Part shown: positions 48,501 to 60,500 of the stretch, in pieces
Layout: the number at the start of each line of letters is the position of its first letter
How positions within the stretch are numbered: the first letter of the stretch is position 1
DNA from: Antedon mediterranea
Taxonomy: Eukaryota > Animalia > Echinodermata
Direction of reading: 5' to 3'
Assembly (NCBI RefSeq): GCF_964355755.1
Contig: NC_092676.1
Span: forward strand, 4,627,888-4,691,887
DNA length: 64,000 nucleotides
Made by a program: the position numbers and the translations under genes
Notes under the pieces: model-generated
Databases searched by the model: none
Told to the model about the DNA's origin: nothing
The model's input: only the letters and a program-made list of their open reading frames with translations

Positions 48501-51500
48501 ACATTTCCATATTATCTGTGGAGGCTATCGGCATGGTCAACCTTGCATCTAAATCCTATTTTCCTATTGACACAGTTGGCCGTTCTCCTTATCATGTTTA
48601 TCGGTACAAGCAACTAGGCCCACAGTTGACACAGACAATAAAAAATAATAAATTACACATTATTATTTTAAAGCATATTGTGGTTTGGGACAATTTTATT
48701 GGTTTAACTATAATTATGATAAGGTTGATATTAAGCTTGGTCTACACTAAAATTTACGTGACAAAAAATGTGATGTGCCCATATATGGACATAATGATGT
48801 CATATCACTACCATATCTGGGTATATCACACTTTTTTTTGTCAAACTACTATGATAGTATAGACAGAGCTTTAGTCATTTATGTCACATACCAGTGGTCC
48901 TTAATGGGATGAACTCTTAATTTGAGGACACCATTATTAGACCTTAAATAATGTTTGGTTCTCACTAGAGACACAATGGACGTAATGCAAGTGAGTTGAC
49001 CAATCACAAGTGATGGATTATTCACTCATTGGTCACCACTCTTGCATTGCATTTACGTCCTTGCATTGCGTCCTAGTGGGAACCAAACTTAAGAGCTAGT
49101 TGTGCTACAATAATTCCTTAACAATGAACACCAGCCAGACGTACAATGATCGTATCAACTGATATTTTGGTGAATTTCTTCAAACCAGACAAGAGTTGGC
49201 GACAAACTGTTATGGACAAGAAACTTGTTGAGTATTTTTTTCAGGTAAAGAATGTAAAAATGTAATGAGATTATGTTGTTTTCCAAGCTCTGTATTATAA
49301 TAATAATATTGAACATTTATAAAGCACTCTTCACCGGAGTCTCACAGCGCAACATGAAAAAAATAACTATTAAAATAGTTGAGTTTTCAGGAGAGATTTT
49401 AATTGAAAAGGGGATGGAGTGTAACTGATGGAACAAAGAAGTTTGTTCTAATAATAATAATACTCGTTCTTATATAGCGCTTATTGCGCAATGCTGCTAG
49501 CACTTTATGCCTAGATGGTTTTTAAATAGGGCAGCGCTAACATATTAATGTTAATTGTAAAAGTAAATCTCAAAAAGTAGTTCATATAATGTCATTTTAG
49601 CTGTCACAGCGCAAGTGTGCGACCTAAGCAAGTCTTCTCGGATAAGGACTATAAACCGTAGGTCCAGTGTATACTGTACATATTGCTTGTGTGCACTTTA
49701 AAGAACCTAGTACATCTTTCAAGACGAGTAGGGGGTTACCCCGGTGTTGTTCACACACACTGTTGTGGATAGACGTAATGGCGCCGTAGTTGGTTGCCGA
49801 TGACACGATGTGACCCTTAGGGGAGAAGAATGTTGTTGAAAAGGTGTAACATCTACGTCTACAGCGCTCTGATCTTCATGAAATAGCGCTATTTAAATGT
49901 TGCATTATTATATTTGTCGCTTTCAGATACACAGTCTTGTCCGTCAGGATCCTGAGGTGTGCCATCATGCTCTCCAGTGTTTAGTGCAGATGGCGTCACT
50001 GAGTGGCAGTGTATTCCTTGCGGAAGAACAGCGGCAGGAATACTTCACCAACTACATACGATGTTTCTTGCTAATGCTCTCAAGGTAAATAAAACGGTTT
50101 GCGGTGAAAAAATCTTTCAGAAAGCTATCTGTATGTTTTCTATATATAAGGGCTAGTGAATAATTCTGTCTTATATCATGTGGAACCCGCTACCAACAGT
50201 TGCTGTATCAGCTCCAGCGGCTACAGCCTTCAAGTTGCTATCAAAGAGCTGCCGCTGTCTGCTTGTGGTGGTAATAGTCTTCCTTAAATCAAGATCAGTT
50301 TTAATGCATCCTGTTTTCCTTGTTTCTCCTTCAAATTGTACACGTTTTTGCATATTTTGGCTCTGACACCTTTACACAATCCCAGTATAGTTTCATTATA
50401 AGTTGCAAAAGAATAATAATAAATAGTTTAAAAATATAGCGCATATAAACAAGCTCTCGATGCTGTACATAAAATAAATTTAAATTAATGAAAGGCTTGT
50501 TTGAAAAGAAAAGACTTCAACAAGTTTAGAGTGGCACACTGGTGTAATGATTGAAAAAATCATTACACCACTATCGCCCAAGTGGATCTTTTTGATGTTT
50601 CTCTTATTTTACAGTATTGGAGATATCCACAGCTACGAAGCAGTAGGCCTAGGCAGCATTGCAAGCCGTTTGATTTCCGTTTATCCCATTTCCCTCATGG
50701 TGTGCCTTCCACCTGAACTATTGTCTTCCTTTATACAAAGTCTTTCAACTCTTACTATGTACTTTGGCAGGCAGGCCGCAATGGAAGAAGTGGTAAGTCT
50801 TTTTCAAATTTATTCAAAACTAAAATTCCTTTTAAAACTACAAAGCTTTATGTGACAAAAATATGTGATGTGCCCATATATGGACATGATGATGTCATAT
50901 CACTACCATATTTGGGTATATCACTACCATATTTGGGCACATCAAACTTTTTTTTTCAGGAGCTTAAAAGAATGGAAAAAATGAGTAATGACAGGATTTG
51001 AACCTTGGACTGTCTTGCTATCAAGTTATTCAACTGTTATAGACTGAAAGAGATTAATTCTTACTAGAAAATCCTAATTACTTAGGAAGCTAGGCCTAGA
51101 TCACATTTTAGGGTATTTTTTAAGTAGAAATCTCGGGGAAAATCTATACGGTAGGCATAGCACAGGTAAGACCAATTAGGCCGCCTAGATGGCCTGGCCG
51201 TCTAATTGCTAGGCCTACATCGGAATATAGCTTTTAGATAGCCTAAATCGTAGCTAGAAGAAATATCGTCATTTTCAGTTCATGCAGCGGGAAATCCCCG
51301 GGTATAGTCCCACCTCCCAAATTCGGGAAAATTTCACGTACAAGGGGGTTGGGATTATACCCGGGGAAATACGGTAGTAATATTGAAAGGGAGCCCTCTA
51401 TATTAATCCAACTAATTTGTTTTAAAATTCTCTCTAACATTTAAAACAAATCCTGATATGTTTTCAATAACTAATGCAATAGTATTCAAAAGATTAAAGA

Positions 51501-54500
51501 CACCTTCCCTACGTTTTTTAGATCTATTTTAAGATCACAAACTATATTTAATCTAAAAATAATATGGTCCTATTGCGATAACTTTTTTCGTCTTTAAATG
51601 GTTAAAAATGTGAAAAATAAGTCGATTCTAATAATTATAGCGGCCCGCTCTAAATCCCAAAATGCATTGCGCGCGGATTGATATTTCTGTTTTTCTTCTG
51701 TAATTCACCCACTTTTCGATACAACGTCAGGCTAGGTAGCTAGCGTACGATGTTCGTACGTTACCGATGTTTACCAGCTAGGCCTACAAAACTAAGCCTT
51801 ATAGCTAGGCTAGGCCTAAAGACCGTCCACGAGAGGTCAGTCGCCGCGAGCTACCTAGGTAGTGCATTGTTTCTTACTTTTTATCATAATTTACCATAAA
51901 ACGTACATTTAAGACAAGGAATGACCTGGTTTAATGTTTTTAAAGTAATATATATGTATTATTTTTACAAAACGTCACAAATTGTAGGGAAGGTGTCTTT
52001 AAACTATGTTTTAAACACTGGGTGAATAATAGCTATTAATTTATTATATACTGAACTAGGATTTGGACCAAGCTTTATTCATTTATACGTATGTTAAATA
52101 CCAAGCTAGAGTGCCACTATAATTTTGAAAGTTAACAAATATACTGATTATTGTTTTCATAACATTTTTTTTATACATTACAAATTTGATATAGACATTG
52201 AACCTTGCTATGTAAATAAGGTAATTTATTTACTATCAGACTATAATTTGATTTATTATAATTGAATGTTTTATTAATGTCTGGTGCATGCTAAGCCCCT
52301 GGATACTGAAGCCCCCTCATCTAGGGGCCTTGTGTTTCAGACAGTAAATCCAGATGAAACCGGTTCCAGTGCTGTTCCAAGAGTTTCAATGCTAAGTAAA
52401 TGCAGTAAAGGTTACCGAGGATGCGAGGATTCCGCTTGATTCGTTTATGCTAATTATAGATGATATTGATTATATCAATTAATTTGAAAGAACCTTAAAT
52501 ATTATATTAATAGTAAATTGTTTAATTAATAATGAAAGATAAAGGACAGTGAAACAGAATAGGGAAAACAGCTTTCACTGAAATATAGTAACTGTATCTA
52601 CACATTTTGAACAGGCTTTTTTCATGGTAGAGAAAATACGATAACAATTTCTATTAGTAATATTCTCTACATTCAATTTTAACTCATAAACATTTAATAT
52701 TTGTATTTAACACATACAGTAGACCCCTATTAAGGGGACACATTTAGAGGACCAAACAGAAGTGTCCCCTTTAATAGAGATTTGTGTCAGCCTTGTTTCA
52801 CAGAAAAGTGTATGGATGTCCCTTTAATAGAGGTTTTTTCCTAATTTGAGTCCCAAAGGAGGGGTTCCACATATTTTGTTGGAGAACTGTACAAAATTAC
52901 TTCATTTTGAACACAAGTTCTTTCGGCTAGGCTAGCATAACATGTTTAGTACTGATAAGAGTTCAACACAGGAAGCACAGGCTCATAACGCATTACCCCC
53001 AGGAGCTTTGCATCAAGTATATCCTGATAAAACAATGAATCTGATTGGCTAGCATTGGAGGTCACATTCATAATGAAACGAGTCTTCAAAACTGAGCTGG
53101 AAAATTGTAAATTTAATACAAATTTGCAAGGTTTTTTATTAATACAATTTTTACATTGATTTGTTGAATTTTACCAAGAATTTTTCAAAAATAGAACAAA
53201 AACTTTACTCCTTCCTAGTATTATATCAAATGTAATTTTTATTAAATGATGTTGAGTATTTTTGTACAATACATTATTTATTTTAATCCAATTTAAAAGG
53301 TATGGAATAATTTGCATTAAAACTTCTAACTTAATTTACAAATATCTAAATGTTATCTTTACATGCTTCTATACATACTGTAGCTTATTTTTTATTTATA
53401 CATCATTTAAAGCTTTTTGACGAAACCTTTTCACCAAAAAATTCAAAAAATAGAACAAACACATTGTATCTAAGATCTTTATATACCCACACACATCTAG
53501 AACTGAGCACAGCTCCGATATTGCATGTATTTTTAAACTTAATTTTTTACATCTTATTTAATTAGCATATTGCCTTGATTGCACCTGTGCAATGTAAATA
53601 ATAAACTGTACATGCAAATTAACCTGACCTTGTGACCTAATATACCTTATTTATATAACAATACTTTGAAAAACATTTAAAACAAAGTAGAAACATGTTT
53701 GTCACTACAATATAAAAATTACACAATAGATTGACCACCTGTGTATAGTTGATGTAAATTAGTCAATTTGTGATAGCTTTCTGAATCTACCCCAAGTTTC
53801 TAAATTCACATGGCAAATTTTAAAAAATTAGTTTATTCAAAAGAGATTGTTTCAGATTAACATTTACATGTTTGAACATTACCATTTTCAGGTTTTAAAG
53901 TTTTTGTTGTTAAAACAGAATATTATTAAAAATCTAAATTTTAATTTAATAACTAATTAGGAAGGGATCATCTTCATCATCATAGTCAACATTTGCGTAT
54001 TGTTTTGGTTTTTTAAGCTTTTCTCCTGTTGAATGCCTCCTTGCAGGTTTACTCTTAGAATCTCGCAAAACTTTGTTGTACGCCGAGTTTTCAAATGACT
54101 GGTCCCGTGATAGAAATGGGTTCTTGCCAGAAGCAGAGCTGTTTGATCTTCCTGGATATTTGGGTGCCGGATAATCAGATCTTTCCGGGTATTTTGGTGC
54201 CGGATGATCAGATGTTTCCGGATATTTCGGTGCCAGGTAATCGGATCTTTCCGGGTATTTTGGTGCCGGATAATCAGATCTTTCTCGGTATTTTGGTGAT
54301 TGATAATCAGATCTTTCCGGATATTTTGGTGCCGGAATATCGGGTGCTGGATATTTTGGTGCCGGTGGAAGCTCCGGTCTTCCTGGGTACTTTGGCACAG
54401 GAGGATCTTTAGGAATCATGTAGAAGCTTTCGTCTTGTTCCTTTTTGTCTTGTAGGACAGAAATGGTTGATTTTTTTTCCTCGTTTGCGGAGTGTAACAC

Positions 54501-57500
54501 AATGTGTAATGTTGCATTGCCAGGTGATTGTCCTGTAGAGTGTACGATACTGTTGCGATTTCCTGCGTTCTCCATGTCATCGGTGGCAGCATATAGATGA
54601 GCTATTTCATCGTTGTTTACAATGCCAACTTGTTGGTTACGATGTGAGTAGTTCACCTCTCGATATCCACTACTGCTGCTCCTAGAACTCCCGCTGATAG
54701 ATCGTATCGATCGTTTCTGGTTTGATCGGCACTTGCGAATGAGTTTTGGTGTACAGAAAAGTGTGATTATTAGTAAGGCGAGAAAGCCGATACCACCCGA
54801 GTTCAGTAGAAGCACAAAAATAAAACCGCGTTTTTCGTTTGGGTCTAACGATAAAAATGAGTTACCTGCTGATTTTGTAGGCATTTCAGTTGTGCTCTGA
54901 GTTTGTATTACTAATAACGGTCTAGGTATCTTAATCGTTCTCACGACAATCTTTGCCTCGGCAAATGCTAATGTTTGATAGGTCGACTTAAGTTCGCACC
55001 GAACAGTTGCTTTGTCCAGTGTTTTCTTCGCACTCACAATGTGCATAGTTTTGTGATCAATGCTAAATTTAATCTCCTTACTATCGTGAAGTATTTTCTT
55101 CCCATTTATCGACCAAAAGAAGTCAGATTTGTAAACCGATGGATTTTCGGTTTGGTGACTACACGTAAAGCTTATACTCTTGCCCTCTAACGTGTACGCC
55201 ACACTTGGTGTAATGCGTATTTGAGCATGTTGTTGGATACGGATTGGTCCAATTTTGCAGGCTGTTATTTTCCTTATCGCACGACTAGTAGCATTGCATA
55301 TAAACACCGCACCTTTATCATCCGCTGTAATTTTCCGAGTGTAAGTATTTCTTGGGAAAAAACCGACTTCGTAAGATCCAGGTAGTGTTACATTTCCTAG
55401 ATTCCATTCTAGTTTCGCAGGAGGCTTGCCTCCAAATGATTCGCAAATAAATGTGACATTATGTCCAATGATTATCTCCGTTTCAGGTGGTCTTGTCAAG
55501 CATGTTGGTTGATTAGCATCCGGTGGTGATAATATCGTTAATTGCGCAATATCAGAATAAATCGTTTCAAGAGTTACTAACGAATAGCATACACAGTTGT
55601 ACTGGCCATCGTCATCAACTCTCAGTTTCTGAATGTTTAGATTGTATTCTCCTTGGCTGGCGTTCCCAGTTACGGAATAACGTTCCGCATCTTTTCCTAA
55701 ATCTGTGAAAATATTTATACCTTCACTGACATACTCGTGTTTGTCGACGCGGTACCAATATATATTACAATTCGCAGTATTATTTACACGACATTTTAGT
55801 ACAACCGGTTCTCCTTGTAATCGTGTTGTTGACTGCGGATTTTCCAAAATATACGCATTACTTGACCAAGTCAACACAAACAAAAAAACTTCTAAAATTA
55901 TCGTCCGATACATTGTAAAGTGGCTACAGTAAAATTCAATAATAATAGTTCAACGTAAAAACATCACAGAAATTTAGTACAATTAAGTACAAAACGTTTT
56001 CTAAAGATACCGGATCAAAATTGTCAAGAATCCTCCGTGAAATAATCAACAGGTGACAACTGGGACCGAACAGTAAACATTTCTTTTTCTATGACGCCAT
56101 TACTAGAAATAGAATGAAAAATCTTTGTAAACCACTCTAAAAGCTTTTTAGAACATTAAATAGTATTCTATAAATGTTGTCGAATCATTATTCGATGAAG
56201 CGTATCAGATGACTAAAGTTACTGAAAATGTAGAAATCTTCGGTTCAAGAAAAAAAAAACCTGGCAGAGGAATGAATGAATCGTTAATAAGACTAATTGA
56301 AACTTCCTTCAACAAGTACAACCGGAATGCTCCATTTATGTTACAGGGGTGTTCATTTTTATTTATAATTCTCTCTCCTCATACTACATTTTGCTTTCTC
56401 TTTCTTTATTATCGATCAGGAATATTTATTTCAAGATAAAATGGCTTTAATATATTTTTACAATATAGAGAATGTTTTGTTCTTCTTTAAAATATTTAAA
56501 GTGTTTTTGTTGGCTTGTTTCTTAATTTGTTTGAAATGACTAAATTCCCTGACTCATTGTAGTAATGTTTTTCCACCCAAATTAAAAAGTATATTTGTCA
56601 TTGATTCATAGTTATTAATAATTTTGGAAAAATAATATTTGAAATACTGTACACTAATAAATAATTATTAGTAATGTATCATTATCACATTATGATGACA
56701 TTGTAAGAAAAGGTTTTTTTTTAAACTTAGACGTAAAAACAAAATGCATCATTATTTATTTACCTACAAATAAAACTTGTACATATATATACATAAGTTC
56801 AGTTGGTTTTCTACAATTTCTTGTTAATATAATTATATTCAGTCATTGTTTATTGATGATTGTTTTTAATACCTAAAATAAATTAAGCCAGATTCAAAAA
56901 TTCATTAAAGATAATATGCGATAAAAAAAATAAAAAAAGTCATGGAGAGAAAGGATTAATACAATAAAATACAAAAAAAGGTTTCTGAGTAGCATAACAT
57001 TGTTCAATGTGCAAACTGCCATTTTCCATCTTTTGCTAATAAAAAATCATAATTTTAAAGCTTTGTCTATATTAAAAGTGTGATGTGCCCAAATATGGTA
57101 GTGATATGCCCAAATATGGTAGTGATATGACATGTCCATATATGGGAATATCAAATTTTGTTTGATAGTGTAGACAGAACTTTAGATACATCATTTTCTT
57201 GACCAATCAGAATACAAATAATTGTTTTCAGATGCACAAAGATGACATGCTTCACCAAGAGGCATTTGACATGGTGCTCAACTGCTGGACCACATTGCTG
57301 ATGGACACCCATCACTTTCCCAAGGGCTTCTTTAAACCATATGCAACCGAGATTTACAACTGTTATCTCCAGTGCCATCTTGCAACTCCAGATGGTACAA
57401 GAAACCAGGTTAGTACTAAATTATGCAGCCCTACTTGGCCCAGCCAATCTAACAACAGGACACTGAACTAATCTTGCCAAGATAGGAACTTATAACAGTC

Positions 57501-60500
57501 CTTTGATCTTATGTCTGGCTGCGACAAATACCAACAGTACTGTACTATGTACATATTCTCCACTGCGCGCGGTGTCTGTTAACAGGCGTGAAACTGATTA
57601 TGTTGCAGCCACAGATAAACCCTTTGGTCTCTGGAGCTTAGCATAGCTGTTGTTGGATTGCCTTGCTTGGACCAAGTTGACGTGGTGAGACGTATTAACG
57701 TAGGACTCAGTTGGCTGGGAAAAATGTTGTTTAGGGCCAAGTTGACTGAGTTCCTTAATTAGTTTAAAACAAGTGTTCATCATAATTGTTTCACTCAATT
57801 AATCTCTGTACTGTATAATAATGTTCTCTGATACATTGTCATATGTTTGTCACATGTTTCAACTGTATCATAGAAATTGTTAATTGCCTATGATAATAAT
57901 GATGATAATATTTGAGAAACATTGTTTCTATAATATTGTACAGTAGGATCCAAATAAAGTTATTTCAAGTGTATACAACTAAATTTTTTTATGTGTTTAA
58001 TTTGTAATGTACTTTTTGTTTATAATAGAATTGAAATGCCAGGCCTAATTGGATATTACTTGGCATTTGATATTTAAATATTTTTTGGCCATGAACAAGT
58101 GTCAGTTGATAGATACCTCATGATGTAAAAGTATTATGAAAAGTACTTTAGGATATACACATAGTGAACAGTAGCAAACAATTAGAAAAGAGAGATATAA
58201 TCTAGCCAAGTTCAATTTCCTGCCCAGAATCAGCCACTCATAAAGTGTCAAAAGATGTATTAGTTTTTATGTACCCAATTGGTTTGTGTAATGATACTAT
58301 AAAGCTCTGTCTACACCATCAAACTAGTTTGACAAAAAATGTGCCCAAATATGGTAGTGATATTCCCAAATATGGTAGTGATATTCCCAAATATGGTAGT
58401 GATATTCCCAAATATGGTAGTGATATTCCCAAATATGGTTGTGATATTCCCAAATATGGTTGTGATATTCCCAAATATGGTTGTGATATTCCCAAATATG
58501 GTTGTGATATGCCCAAATATGGTTGTGATATGCCCAATATGGTAGTGATACGACAATACATCATAACGTCCATATATGGGCACATCACATTTTTTTGTCA
58601 CATAAAATTTGATAGTGTTGACAGAGCTTTAGACCATCGCAAAATGGAAATAGATAATTCCTCCATGATTAAACAAAATACTAAAAACATTTTATAAGTA
58701 GCCATTGAAGGAAAAACTTTATTATTATTATTTATTAATTTCTGCATTTATACAAACAAATAGCTAATAAAAAAACCATATTAAATGAATGAATAAGAAA
58801 ACAGAATAAATAATGTAAATAAATAATTTTCTCAATCCAAAAAATTTGTTTAAAGCCTTTAGAGCACAATGTTATGTGAACTGGGCATTTTTTGTTTTAT
58901 AATTCTATGTGAGCATTTTTGTGTTAATTCTGTAATATTACCATTAGCATACATTATAACCCTCAAAGATATGATCATGTCAATGTTAAATTTCAAACTC
59001 ATTTCCGCCTCCTCGCGTAATAGACTCATTTTATATGAGATCTAACTATAAAACATGCGAGTTTGATTTGCTCAGCTTCCTGTTTTCCTCATTGACTTGA
59101 AATCAGCTGATGACGAGATTTAAATTCTGATACACCATTTTGTCAAATATTCAGAAAGTTTAGTGGTATTTACTGATATTTTATAGTTGTTTGCTGAAAT
59201 GAAATTAGAAAAACTATAAATAAAATGTAACCTAATTTTAGGTTGTTGATCTGATTTTAAATTTAATTAATTTATTCAACTTTATTATCACAAACTCAGG
59301 GGAAATTCATTTGGTTGTGGTATACAAATATTCATAAAAACTTTTAAAAGCACACAAAAAGGCAAGCACAACAATCTAATAATAAAAATCTAAAACATTT
59401 AAATACACAGAGAGAAACTAATAGCACACTAAAATCATGTTTTGTTTTATGAAATCAAAATCAAATTTTTAAAAGTTATTTGTGTTATATCCGTATTAAA
59501 ATATATAAGCCCAATTTTATGTTTAAGAAGATGGGCTTTTGCATAGAATACAATATAAAATAAATAATAAAATAAAATAATAATATAAACTAGAAAGCCA
59601 CTCCGAGAGTGCATACCTCCGCCTACTGTAAAATTCTCCTACATAAGATTTCTCCGGTAAAAAAAATATATATATATTTGTGTGTGTCTTAATGCTGTTT
59701 GTGATTTAGCCTAATTTCACTACAAGCATGTGTAATGGAATATGTAACGAGCCTTTCAATGAACAATAGCTTCAGTTGACTAACAATAGAACAGTAACGC
59801 GAAAATCAAACGAGTGAATTTGAAAAGAAAATAGGTTTTTTAAACTACTGGCATAAAAAAACGTGAACATTAAATCAAATTATGTTTTAAAATTACAAAT
59901 CACAAATTATAACTCTTGCCTCTTGTACAAAAATGAAGTTTTTTGGACAAGGTTCTCGAGAAAATGCAATTTCAGTATACTTGTTACTTTAAGACTGCTC
60001 GCCGGCTTTTGAAAAATTCTGTCCTATCTTTTAACACTAGCAGGTCTGAAAAGTATACTAAAAAGTGGTCCAGAATTGGGACAATGGTCCCAAAATTTAA
60101 TGGAATGGTCCTTGACCACATATCTATCTGTATATTCATTTTGGTAAAGATCTTGTAATTACTTTTTGAGTAATCCTGCTAACAAACAAACAAACAAACA
60201 CACGCTACCGATTACATATACCTCCTTGGCGGAGGTAAATAAAACAAAGCAAACTGCTCAAATGTATTACGTTAAACTCTCCATAAATTTTAATTTTTGA
60301 AAATAAAAAAAATATTCAAATTTCACAAAATTTTCTTGTTGTTCATAAGGTTCTAAATTCATTCATTATTTATTAAAAATTGTTTCGAGAAAAACAGACA
60401 TTTTGGCCAGTCAAGTTTGTTTCATTTTCGCAGATTGTCTAGGCTTCAAATTATTTTCATGGCAACACTGCAATTATTAAAGATACTGGTTATCAATACT

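Noticed and set aside
52290-53100. Two GC-richer islands with minus-strand acceptor-like sites
   Set aside because: Only short frames without recognisable motifs; could be UTR or enhancer sequence, not supportable.
54095-54412. Plus-strand repetitive ORF (ILVPDNQIFP..)
   Set aside because: Antisense shadow of the 33-bp coding repeat in the Ig gene.
58245-58697. ORFs with PKYGSDI / GNITTIF repeats
   Set aside because: Produced by the 21-bp MITE unit. The PKY resemblance to the Ig receptor tail is coincidental because the DNA units differ.
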